Of a DNA stretch of 64,000 bases, positions 24,001 through 35,150 are shown piece after piece. The translations under genes were made by a program, and so were the position numbers. Source of the stretch: Podarcis tiliguerta (lineage: Eukaryota); NCBI GenBank assembly GCA_965153285.1, contig OZ229115.1; one strand, written 5' to 3'. Each line of letters starts with the position of its first letter. Within the stretch, counting starts at the first letter, position 1. The notes beneath the pieces are model-generated. The model searched no databases. It saw only the letters and a list, made by a program, of their open reading frames with translations, and had not been told where the DNA came from.

Positions 24001-27000
24001 CTATTTTACATCTGTCAGAAGTGTCTGGGAGCTGCCATTAGGAGATCTGGAGTAAAGTGTCAACAATAAGCAGATGACACCCAGCTCTGTCTCTCTGTTC
24101 TAAGTGAACATTCATTCATAATCCAGGTGGCATTGTTACTTCTTTCTCCAGGGATGGGGCTAAAAGGAAGATTTTTAGGTCATGTTTGCAAAGCTTGGTG
24201 TGATGCATCCTATTAGATATTGATAGCTAGTTTGTAGATCCCTGGAAAAGGTTAAGAGAGGGTGCAATCCAGTTCACAGCCACAGTATTGTACCTTCTCT
24301 TTTACTTCTTCCACTGGTCAACTCTGCAACCCTGGCCTATTTGTCATGGTTCTAACCCCATCCCATTCTTGCATTGTGCAAAATTAAAGGATTCCAAAGT
24401 TGCAGCTTTTGCTCTATCACTCCAATGGATTTTTTCACTAATGATTTGTTTTTATATTAAAAACATTGTACAAGAACTGAGTGGTTTGGAATACTTCAAT
24501 TTCAGGCCTTCTGCAAGCTGATGCTACTGCAGTTATCTCCACCACATTAATTGGAATATGGAAGTTACTGAGCAACTAAGTTTTGTATGAAACAGCACCT
24601 ATTATTACTGCAAAGACTAAAGTTATAGGTATTGGCAAGAAGAAAGCTCATATATGGAAGTTGGGCAATCCCATGGCCAGCCACATTCATGTAAGCCACA
24701 TTCAGCACTAACTTTCATGCAAAGGGACCCAGAACTGAATCTCTAATCAGGGACAGGATATGATGAGGTGCACACAGCAGTTGGCATACCACTAAAATAA
24801 AAATATCAACTGTAATTGGGATTAAAATATATCAATGCAGCCAATGTTCTGAAAAGCAAGTGAAAGCATTCGTGTAAATACACGTGACAGAAGTCTGTCA
24901 AATTGTACTTGGGGCGGGGTGGGGGGTGGGACAAGAACCAGGTTCAAATCCACAGTAAGCCATGAAGCTACCTAGGTGACTTTGGGCCATTTACTGTCTC
25001 TCGGCCTGAACAGCATCCCGCTGCTGATGTGCAGATAAAATTGGGAGACACAGACCTATGTATACCACCCTGATCTCTACGGAAGAGAGGTGGAATATAA
25101 ATGTAATAATGAACAAAAAAAAGTAAACAAAAAACTGATGGAAGAATGAAGCAGCTTCAGAAGATGTCAAGACCACATATAATGGTGTGGGTGTGTCTGC
25201 CCATCTGTAATTTAGATAATGGGGAAATATCTGTTTTGAAGATGGCTTTAAAAGGAACATTTATATATTGATTTATATACATACAGAAACATAGTTGTAT
25301 AGGAGGATCCCACTGATTGTAGCCTTTGCATTTTACAGTCATCTTTGTGGTTTCATCCAAAAAAGAGTGGTTTGGATGGCAGTAAACTGTGATGGTATCT
25401 TCAATTTTGTATTCAGATTGCAATGGATACACGCTCCCTTTGGGCATTACTGGAGCACCACAATTTTCCGGATAAACTATAACGAGAAAAATAAAACTGG
25501 AAGATATAAATGCAAGACTAATAATATACAATCTGTCACAAGATTCAAGATGCTGCCATTGTGTCAGGTACCTGGATTTTTGAGCAGGCCATCTTAACCG
25601 TTGGCGCTAGGGGTACATGGCACCCAGGTGCCGGGCTCTCAGGGGCACCAGGCCAAAAGTCTGGGGCTGAGAGTTGGAGTCCGGGGAAGAGCTGCCGACA
25701 GCCGGACTCTTCCCTGGACTCCAACGCTTGCCCCCGAACTCACTCCGAGCTGCCTGCAACAGAAGAGCCTGCGGCGCTCCGATGGGCTCTGCGCCGCTGA
25801 GCTGTCAGTTCCTGCCCCAGCTGCATGGCAGCTAACTGTTTCAGTGCCACGCCCAGAGTGCCATGTAACATGGCCGCTGCACGACACATCCTATTGCATG
25901 TGCAGAGTTGCAGGTTCCTTTGCTGGCTTTTCCACTGTTGCCACACACTCCCAGCACCGCCCAGCATGAGGTGCCAGTGCAGAACAATGGGGAATGCAAG
26001 TGGCAGCAGAGGAAACATCTCCGGACGCGATCTGCTCCGCGCCGACTGTAGGGATATCGCGGAGCGGGGAGTGTGCTCCCTCCGGACCCCACTCCCCGCT
26101 CCGCAATATCCCTACACCGACGGCAGCAACAAATCCTGATGAATAGGAGCATGCGGATCCCATCCAGAGATCTTTCCTTCACTGCCGCTTGCATTCCCTG
26201 TCGTTCTGCACTGCCCCCCCCCCATGTTGGGAAGCGCTGGGAGCAATCGCAGACAGCGGAAAAGCCAGCAAAGGAATTCACAGCTTGGTGCATGCAATAG
26301 GATGCGCCGTGCAGCGCCCACGTTACACAGTGCTCCAGGTGCTGCATGTGCAGCCAAAACAGCCGCCATGCAACAGAGGAGGGGAGGCAGCAGGCAGACA
26401 GCGTGGTGACTGTGCCACCTGACATTTTGTTTCCCCCAGCATGGAAACCCCCCCCCCCACTTCGTACGCCCCTGTGCGTGGAGTGCTGGCACCCCTGTTG
26501 GTTGGCACTTTGAGTCCCTGCATCCCGCAACCGTTCAAAGGTAAACAACAGAGTTGACAACTCTGGGCAACCTAGGAGCGCCGGGCGGGTCTTTGCACCC
26601 TGGGACTGTATATGCTTAAGACGGCCCTGTTTTTGAGCTCTGTAAGAAGGCACAAAACAATTTAACACCAATTACGTGATGGCCAAGTCATGCAAACCCT
26701 TTTCTTTTGAACACAACAGAAGAAAAGTTAAATTATTCTTAAACTTTTGTTCTTGAAATGTTTTCTGTGCAGTCACACATTGGGCATGCTTGTAAAACAA
26801 ATGCTATTAGGCAAACGGGATAAGAGTTACCCTTTCAAAAACAAATGACTAACATCTATGTGATGAGTGAAGCTACAAAATCTCTGTGTAAGCTAGATTT
26901 CAATGGACTTCTTTAAAATACTGCACTTGGGAAGATGTAGGTCCTAGACCATTTGGGAAGGTATAGGTCCTAGGCCAGGAGTGGGGAATCATCCACTCTC

Positions 27001-30000
27001 CATTTCTCTAAGGAATGTTTATACCTGCTGGGGTGGGTATAAAGCCAAGGTTGGATTCACCAGAATTGGCTGAATGTGAGTTATCAGCAGCCAAGCTGAA
27101 GGTAACCAGCTATATGGCGATAACATAGCATGGTGAGCTAGCATGGTAAAGTGCTAGGGGATCTCTATAAACTTGGGTCTTTACAAGATTTATTTCTAAA
27201 ACCACAAGAACTGAATTATAGTAGATTAGTTCATGATGCAGCAGCATCTCTTAGATTTTATGTAGCTAGTGTGTTTATTTTTGTCTTGTGTCATGAGACA
27301 TTGAACAGTTTGTATAATTTGAATTGAACTGTCCGGGCAAAGAGTTTTCTGAACTGGGAACTCCAGAAAAGGCTGACTACTGGAAAACAAGAAGAACCTG
27401 ACATTCTGCTCGATGACTCTGCTAGAGCCGTGCAGCAGACTCTGTTGATCACACTGCTTGAAGTTTGGTATAGTATCAACAAACGGATGGTGGGCCCACT
27501 ATATCAGGTTATTGGCCAACTGACTTCTATAAGTCTAGCAACAGTTCATGTGATGGGGCGGATGCTGAACACCAGCATCATTCTTGCTTACCTGGCTAGC
27601 ACTAGGGCAGCAGCAAACTCAGAGCTGCACAGGCGCACCAATGAGGCTTTCGCTGCCACTCTAGCAGTCCTACGATTGCGCACACACAGCCCCAACCTTG
27701 CCTTTGCTGCTTGTAACTTGGCTGAGCTGAACTTGCAGCTCCATACAGCAGCCTTTATGCATTCCACCTTTTGATTACCTTCTGCCTTGGATTCCTTAAT
27801 TTTCTCCTCCTAGCACTGGTGAACTCCAGACACTACTTCCTACTATGATTTTACTTTCTGTCCTCCCCACTGGAGTAGACACATGCAAAACTAACAAATG
27901 TGTTTTCAAATTTGGGCTGCCCCTTCTTCTGCATTAGTGAACCATTATTATACTAATGTTTAAGCAATTAAAGCTCAATTGGTTCTCTGAACTTTGTGAG
28001 ATATAACACAAAAATGCACCTTGGTGGCCAACATTCTTTACTCCTTTTTAAACATGCCAGTTCCCTATGTTTAAATGGCTTTTTATTGTGGAATAACAAA
28101 ATTATATTCTAATCCAGTGCTTTTTTCAAAGCCTTACTCTTTTTGCAGGATGGCACTTCAGGGACCCAAGAACCGTTCTCCTCACAGCGAATAAAATAAC
28201 TGCCGATTAAGAAGTATCCAATTTTACATTCAAATGTAATATTGCTGCCATAGGTATAGGAATCTCTAAATCCACTTAATTTTATTCCATCCGGAACTAC
28301 TGGATTGGCACACATAACTGAAAGTGAAAAGTAAAATTAAAAAGCAGAACTCCTTACAAACTAGAATATTTACATTTCTGCTCTCTTGAGAATGGGGTAT
28401 TTTCTGATGAAACTTATTAAAAATTATTCTCTCCTAAATCATTAATCTAGATCAGGAGTGGCCAACCCCTTTTTGGTCCAAGGGCTATGTTTACCATTGG
28501 CTAACCCAATAGCTGGAGTAATATATATTATCATTAAAAAAGAAATGTTTAGACTCACTTTATGTATTGGGTTACTATAATTTGTTCACCATTTATAATT
28601 GTGCAACTTTAGTATAATCACCTAAAGGAACAGCCACTAAGGGTCAAATGCATGTTATGACAAGCACACTTTTCTTTTAAGTGGTCTTAGAACTGGCCAC
28701 TTTCTGCAGGAAAAGCAGTCTCACTAAGCTTCAATTCAGATTAGGATTGCAATGTGGATGAGAGAGTGGAGGTTTAACCCCACACCATTTCCCCAGGCCC
28801 ACCAGCAGCTTGTCTTTGCCCCCTGAATACATTGTTTACTGCATGAAGCACATTTCTGAAGAGGAACAGCTTTTCAGACGAGTGCTTTCCTGTTTGAGGA
28901 ATACTTTTGTAATGGTTGTGCAAGATTATTGGTTGATAAAATAAATCCATCTCCTGTGAGGGTTCAACATTATCTTTCCTTAAATTAGCTTTTGCACTAT
29001 TGGGAAATCAGATTCCTAGCAATCAAACAGTTAATAGGAAAACATGAAGAGTCAAATAATTCTGCTTATGTGATTGTCATTGACAACTAGCTTAGCTAGC
29101 TAGCATCGTTATGAATCAGGAGTGCTGACAGATATCATGGCAGGGGCAGCAATTCCAGTGGCCTGCTATAAGTGCATATTCTGTTTTCCTCCAACATTAT
29201 TCTATTTGTTCTTTTAATGTTTGGCTTATTTTCAAATATACATTTTTCTCCAGTGATTTCTCCTTCAAAAGGAAGACAAACTTGACAAAACACTGGAGCA
29301 CTCAGGGAAGTAGGAAACATACACAACACATGTACTTATAAAATCCTATCACTGATCTGGACATAGCAGCACACAGCTTCCTAGCAAGTCAGTAGGCTTT
29401 TTTAATAGCATCACTGCAGATATAATTGTTATGAAAAGAAAATCAACCTCCACATGTGGGTAGAGGGAATTCCCCTCTCCACTGTGCTTTCCTGTTATTA
29501 GCAACAATATCACAAGAAATGGAAGGTGCTGCAATGACCAATAATGTCTCATTGCAATGGTATTTTATCACTATTTCTTAAGGATAAGTCCCAGTCCCAT
29601 TGTGAGAGCCATCAAGACTACTTGGAGGAACTGCACAAGAAATTCCTAGAAAATTATTGAACAATTTAGCAAACAGGCAAAACTTGGATAGAACTGTTGG
29701 GAGTCTGGTAAATACGCTGCACTGATGTGCAGAGAGAAATAGTCTGGAGTGCATGTTGAGAGCACAAGAAAACCTTAAGGTTTATTACTTATGACAAACA
29801 AAGCCATCTTGAGTACAAATATTCCCCACAAAAAAGGGGTCCTGCAGGCACCAGGCATGAGTTGGCCACCATTTCTGTCACCTGCTGTCTTTGTTGTTGT
29901 TGTTGTTGTTTAGTCGTTTAGTCGTGTCCGACTCTTCGTGACCCCATGAACCAGAGCATGCCAGGCACTTCTGTCTTCCACTGCCTCCTGCAGTTTGGTC

Positions 30001-33000
30001 AAACTCATGCTGGTAGCTTCGAGAACACTGTCCAACCATCTCGTCCACTGTCTTCTCCTTGTGCCCTCAATCTTTCCCAACATCAGGGTCTTTTCCAGGG
30101 AGTCTTCTCTTCTCATGAGGTGGCCAAAGTATTGGAGCCTCAGCTTCACGATCTGTCCTTCCAGTGAGCACTCAGGGCTGATTTCCTTAAGAATGGATAG
30201 GTTTGATCTTCTTGCAGTCCATGGGACTCTCAAGAGCACCATAATTCAAAAGTATCAATTCTTCGGCAATCAGCCTTCTTTATGGTCCAGCTCTCACTTC
30301 CATACATCACTACTGGGAAAACCATAGCTTTAACTATACGGACCTTTGTTGGCAAGGTGATGTCTCTGCTTTTTAAGATGCTATCTAGGTTTGTCATTTC
30401 TTTTCTCCCAAGAAGCAGGCGTCTATTAATTTTGTGACTGCTGTCACCATCTGCAGTGATCATGGAACCCAAGAAAGCAAAATCTCTCACTGCCTCCATT
30501 TCTTCCCCTTCTGTTTGCCAGGAGGTAATGGTACCAGTGGCCATGATCTTAGTTTTGTTGATGTTGAGCTTCAGACATTATTTTGCGCTCTCCTCTTTCA
30601 CCCTCAAAGGGTTCTTTAATTCCTCCTCACTTTCTGCCATCAAGGTTGTGACATCTGCATATCTGAGGTTGTTGATATTTCTTCCAGCAATCTACTTCTT
30701 ATTTCATTAGAGTTTATTTCTAAGTAAGTGTGGGTACGATCACAACCACAAATTAAGAGCAGCTTTATATTTCTTATGTTTAAAGCATTAGAGTAACTTT
30801 TTAGAAATCACCAAAATAAACGAACACGTTTAGAGCAACACATACCATGACAGGGGTCTGACAACGGTGTCCAGGAACCGTTAATACATGTAGTTGTGTT
30901 AGTTTTATCATGCACTCTTACAGCACCTTCTTTGCATCCATATACTGAGATTTGGTCAGATATAAATAAACTGACCTCAGAAAAGGGAAATATTGGTAAA
31001 TCGCCAACATCACAGGTCTCTGGGTTCACATAAAAAGACAAAGATTAATATGACACATAAGCCTTTGGAAGTAAAAATCCTGTTTACAGTTTCACTATAT
31101 TTGTTCTAAAAAACTAAATATGGGATAATTATAACAAACAATAATAAAAGAAGAACACTGACAATGCAGTGAAAGTGTTTTAAGTTGAGTTCATTAAACA
31201 GTGTGTATTAGCAGACACCTTTCACACTGAGGACTCAATATCCTTAATCTTCTCTTCTGCAAGCTCCAGTGAAACTAGCTCTGATGTTCTTACACAGTTC
31301 TTGTTAATTTCAAATAAAATGTTCCTACTGGAATGCCTTTTGAAGGAAATGAGCAGAGCAATCCTTATGGTGGTAGATCTATCACAGTTTCCTAAGCCAG
31401 GCCCATGCAAGGGGGGCAACTGGGCACACTTGCCCCAGGCCTCGGGGGCTAATCAGGCTGGAAGGCCCTGCCAGGGGCCTGCCACACTTACACTGTCATG
31501 TCACAAACATCCCAGGCCTCCCAGCCTATGACAAGCTCTGCAAGGTTTGTGGTGGTGGTCCTAAGCCTTGTTGGTTTGTGCCGTCCTTAGCAACTAGTTT
31601 TTCTGAGGTGGGGTGGGGAGGTTTTCTCCAGTGAGAAGAAATTAATTACCAGCTCTCAGTCTAGCACAGTTTCAGATCTCTTTGGCAGCTTGTCAGTGGA
31701 ATGGAGGAACCCAGGATCCTCATCCTTCCCAAGGAGTCGTCAATCCACCTTTGACACAGATTTTTTTTTTTTTTACATCTGCCGCAGGTCTAGGACAAAA
31801 CCATCTTAATCTGATCCCTTTAAAAAAATGCTCCAGCTAACTCTTTTCAACTGGAGTTTTCCCACAGAAAATAAAGAACATGTCTCTTTACTCTCTATAA
31901 CACTTCTCAAGCTAAAACCTCTGTAGCAGTTGACAAGCAGTAAAATACATACATACAGATCTTGGGCCCTCCTAATAGTAAAATGCAATAACAGGTAGGC
32001 ATGAAGCACATACATACACTATCATAAAAGAATGAACCCATAAATTAGCCAGGAATGAATCCAACATTCTGCCAGGACACAGGCTCGCGCCTTGCATTTA
32101 CCCAGATTAGTGAATGAGGTGTGATACTCTGACAGGGGTCTGAGAGACCTCCTGTCTCCCCCCCCCCCCAAAGGTGGTGGTACTACGTACCATTGTGTAC
32201 CACCAGAAAAAAAGCACCTTTTTAGAGATGACCAGGAAAGGCTCACACACCATTAATCTGAGATTATCTGATTCACTTACAAAATAACAAAGGCTGCAGC
32301 CAGATGCACTTTGGTATCTGTGCCATGTCAAGAATAGAAAGTCTTATTTTAGATGTGATTTAATGGAAACATGAATCTCATTTTTTTGTTGGGGTAGTTT
32401 TATTTCTCATGTTGCCAAATATCCCGTGTAGAATTTATAGGCTTTGCAATTTATGGGCTGCAATCCACAATCACCCTATGCCAGGTTGGTGTGTGTGTAG
32501 ATTGAGTGAAGACATTTCTGGTGGCTCCTTTTGCTGACAGTGTGCCACTTGTGTCACTCTGCCAGCAAAGATCTCCCCCTTTGTCCACTGAATTGTACTG
32601 GCAGGTGGAATGCTACTGGTGGTATTCCCTCCGCCGGAAAGCCCTGAAATCCTGAATTCTGGTGGATCACCAGGTGCTCTCAAAGCGCTTAGCAACTAGG
32701 TATAAAGACCCTGCACAGTTTGTTTTGTCTTGTCCATATGATTTTATGTACTGATAGTAATCTTAGGTTCTTCATTCTACAGCTGCCCCCGCATCAAGTA
32801 AGTAAATAAATAAATAAAAAGTTAACTAACTGACCTATGCNNNNNNNNNNNNNNNNNNNNNNNNNNNNNNNNNNNNNNNNNNNNNNNNNNNNNNNNNNNN
32901 NNNNNNNNNNNNNNNNNNNNNNNNNNNNNNNNNNNNNNNNNNNNNNNNNNNNNNNNNNNNNNNNNNNNNNNNNNNNNNNNNNNNNNNNNNNNNNNNNNNN

Positions 33001-33707
33001 NNNNNNNNNNNNNNNNNNNNNNNNNNNNNNNNNNNNNNNNNNNNNNNNNNNNNNNNNNNNNNNNNNNNNNNNNNNNNNNNNNNNNNNNNNNNNNNNNNNN
33101 NNNNNNNNNNNNNNNNNNNNNNNNNNNNNNNNNNNNNNNNNNNNACCACAGAATAAAGTAGAACAACCCCACCGCTAATGCACTATTATTGTGTCAATCG
33201 CCCTAAAAGACCCCTCTGGGAGGCACCAAGATCTTCCCCATGCGTGCTTCCTCGGGAGTAAGAAAGGCCGCCTGGCAGAGAAAGCCCCCTTGCGATGTTG
33301 GGCAGCCCAATTGGCTCTGCCGACGGAGGCAGCTGAGTGGGACGCGGCGGGCGGCGAGCAACCGCCTCGCGGATGAGGAGGACGGACACCTCGGCGCCAC
33401 CTGGCGGGCTGCGGGGGGACATCCGCGTTTACCTCAGGCGCCTCTAAAGACCCGCCCACTCGCGCGCCGCGTTTTGCGAAGCCTCTCTAAGCTCGAGGAG
33501 AGAGGGGGGAAGGCGAGCGGGCGGGAGGGGAAGGGACAGGTGGCGGGGAGAAAGGGAGGCTCAGCGGTCGCTAGAGGCCGCTAGAGGCTCCGTCATCACT
33601 CGCCTGCCTTCCTCGTACTCACCCACCAGTCCCTGAGGCAGCAGCAACAGCATCGACATCCCCAAGAACCGGCGGGTCAGCAGAAGCCCCCAGGACGGCC
33701 GTTGCAT
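18010..33707 (-). CDS. Paralog B: multi-exon RCA-family sushi membrane protein; ~315 aa if the stop-containing exon 29448-29645 is skipped (otherwise truncated or a pseudogene)
   Basis: Exons 33623-33707, 30846-31019, 28138-28317, 25285-25476, 23648-23839, 20225-20251, 19248-19311, 18010-18043 splice in frame; exon 1 is separated from the gene body by an N gap. Confidence 0.8.
18459..18751 (+). mobile_element. Solo LTR
   Basis: TG...CA ends, 5-bp TSD AAAGG, TATATAA at 18640, AATAAA at 18691, internal 47-bp tandem duplication. Confidence 0.85.
19248..19311 (-). CDS. Paralog B TM/juxtamembrane exon (ASILPVLILTLKWAYRKCSQS)
   Basis: 64 nt, TTTTAG acceptor, GTAAAA donor. Confidence 0.85.
20225..20251 (-). 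CDS. Paralog B 27-nt TM micro-exon (S-VFLRLLIA)
   Basis: TTTTCTAG acceptor, GTATGT donor; conserved across paralogs. Confidence 0.85.
20464..20968. mobile_element. Tc1/mariner-pogo type MITE; related copy at 49591-49964
   Basis: TIRs CCGTATTTTTCGCCCTATA, TA TSD, GC-rich internal palindromic repeats. Confidence 0.85.
21375..21577 (+). mobile_element. L2-type LINE 3' end
   Basis: Matches the reverse complement of 34700-34910; ends GATGGGCGGGGTATAAATA. Confidence 0.7.
22186..22570 (+). mobile_element. Solo LTR
   Basis: TGTTAGGATA...TATCCCAACA(ACA) ends, 5-bp TSD GGGAC, TATATA at 22277, AATAAA at 22359. Confidence 0.8.
22860..23340 (+). mobile_element. Degenerate PIF/Harbinger transposase fragment
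   Basis: 22961-23083 translates EFYNQKYFYSMVLQEVVNTKGHFMDVNVCVVGRKHG, matching the Harbinger YxNRKxxxSxxLQxVxD...F.DV..G..G..HD motif; further degenerate motif near 23250-23320. Confidence 0.72.
23648..23839 (-). CDS. Paralog B 2-Cys SCR-like exon
   Basis: RTSPDTTELSIRNG...QCDIGYILIG...QWLPNIPTCAL, 192 nt, GT-AG. Confidence 0.9.
24940..25110 (+). mobile_element. MIR/CORE-type SINE fragment; similar copy at ~58110-58330
   Basis: GGTTCAAATCC B-box followed by CATGAAGCT...GGTGACTTTGGGCCA core. Confidence 0.6.
25285..25476 (-). CDS. Paralog B CCP exon (YPENCGAPVMPKG...[16 protein letters not shown])
   Basis: Canonical sushi consensus, 192 nt, GT-AG. Confidence 0.92.
25585..26629. mobile_element. 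Non-autonomous hAT transposon with a long internal palindrome
   Basis: TIRs CAGGCCATCTTAA / TTAAGACGGCCCTG, 8-bp TSD TTTTTGAG (25577-25584 and 26630-26637). Confidence 0.85.
28138..28317 (-). CDS. Paralog B CCP exon (MCANPVVPDG...ECKIGYFLIG...CEENGSWVPEVPSCKK)
   Basis: Canonical sushi consensus, 180 nt, GT-AG. Confidence 0.92.
29448..29645 (-). pseudogene. Paralog B CCP exon with an in-frame TAA
   Basis: ISCAVPPSSLDGSHNGTGTYP*EIVIKYHC...; TAA at 29578-29580 where paralog C has Tyr; weak GTTGAT donor. Confidence 0.82.
29892..30692 (-). mobile_element. RTE-BovB LINE, 5'-truncated
   Basis: ORFs 29910-30242 and 30230-30544 (LQYFGHLMRREDSLEKTLMLGKIEG; ITLPTKVRIVKAMVFPVVMYGSESWT), (CAA)n tail. 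Confidence 0.92.
30846..31019 (-). CDS. Paralog B CCP-1 exon (ETCDVGDLPIFPF...YGCKEG...TCINGSWTPLSDPCH)
   Basis: CCCAG acceptor, GTATGT donor, 174 nt, four Cys plus Trp. Confidence 0.85.
32841..33144. other. Assembly gap (304 N)
   Basis: Run of N. Confidence 1.
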
Positions 33708-33870
33708 AACGCTGAGCGGCGACGGCGAAGAGAAGGCAGGCTCACGACTGCGCTGGCGAGTGGCGTCAAAGCGTTCGGTGAAGAGCCGCCTTGCGGGGAG
33801 CGACGCGCGATGGTCGCTGTTCAGCTCGCGTTCCCTGTTTTTCCCCTTTAGCATTTCCCACCTAGAGTGC
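33150..33870. promoter_or_regulatory. CpG island/promoter spanning paralog B exon 1
   Basis: GC- and CpG-rich segment, near-identical to 13525-14037 over its left part. Confidence 0.8.
33623..33707 (-). CDS. Paralog B exon 1, signal peptide MQRPSWGLLLTRRFLGMSMLLLLPQGLV-G
   Basis: ATG at 33707, G|GTGAGT donor, homologous to 14002-14083. Confidence 0.82.
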
Positions 33871-34694
33871 GGGATGGATCCTTTGCAGACTGTACTTTTT
33901 CGCTACGTTTTATTCCTCCCCACCTCAGTGGAAGATGACAGCTTGCTTGCGAAAGACAGCGGGGAAAATCCAGGATTGTATCGCATCTGTGATATGTTGG
34001 TGGACTTTTCCGTTACTTTGAAGAAAGTGTAGAAATCATGCTCTCTCACATCGAAGTATTATTGAGTGGGGAAAATATGGTTCCTGCTGCTTTTTAAGGT
34101 TTTAAAAATCAATTTCTTAAAAAAAAAATCATAGTGCAATGCAGAGTTTTACTACGTCATGTGACAGGCTGAAGAGAGGGTCTAGACGTGGCTGAGAAAA
34201 TGTGGTTTATGATAACTTTATAATGCAGTCCGGTATTATTATCCCAGTATTGTGGGGTGTTGCTTGTGGCTTATGACTAGTCAAATATGTAACTGACAGC
34301 TGTATCCCTTCATATCTGTTGCAGAAATCTGCCAGGACCCATCTTTTGGGGGTGTTTAGGGGGAGACACTTGGGCTACTGGAGAGCCATCTCTATTTGAA
34401 CAAGTATTTGTCTTTTGGTTATTGCTGCTTCGGCTCTTCTATTTGATATATTGAACCTGACATTGTCTTTTGTTTTATCAGTCTTTCAAGGTTGACATTT
34501 TACTGATTTTCAATACAAACTAAATATGTTTTAACCAGATTATTAGGCACTTGGAATATAAATAGAAAGACAGGGTGTAGCTTTGAGAGAGTGGCTGGGG
34601 AGGAATAATTTAGAACCATCCAGTGATGATTTATTAATTTAAAGCATTTGTTAAATAATTAATAATAATAATAATAATAATACAAATAATAAAA

Positions 34695-35150
34695 ATAAAT
34701 TATTTATACCCCACCCATCTGTCTGGGTTTCCCCAGCTACTATGGGCAGCTTCCAACAAAATATTAAAATGCAATAGTCTGTCAAACATTAAAACCTTCC
34801 CTAAACAGGGCTGCCTTCAGATGTTTTCTAAAAGTCTGGTACAGTAGTTGTTTTTCTCTTTGACATCTGGTGGGAGGGTGTTCCACAGGGAGGGTGCCAC
34901 TACCAAGAAGGCCCAGAAACGTACTGGGAGCCAATGTAGGTCTTTCAAGACCGGTGTTATGTGGTCTCGGTAGCTGCTCCCAGTCACCAGTCTAGCTGCC
35001 GCATTCTGGATTAGTTGTAGTTTCCGGGTCATCTTCAAAGGTAGCCCCACATAGAACGCATTGCAGCAGTCCAAACAAGAGATAACTAGAGCATGCACCA
35101 CTCTGGCAACAGTCCATGGGCAGATAGGGTCTCAGCCTGTGTACCAGATT
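34695..35150 (-). mobile_element. L2-type LINE 3' fragment
   Basis: ORF ALVISCLDCCNAFYVGLPLK...LQLIQNAAARLVTG...LHWLPV, followed by a (TAA)n tail. Confidence 0.85.

Noticed and set aside
32822-33178. ORFs made of X residues
   Set aside because: Artefact of the N gap
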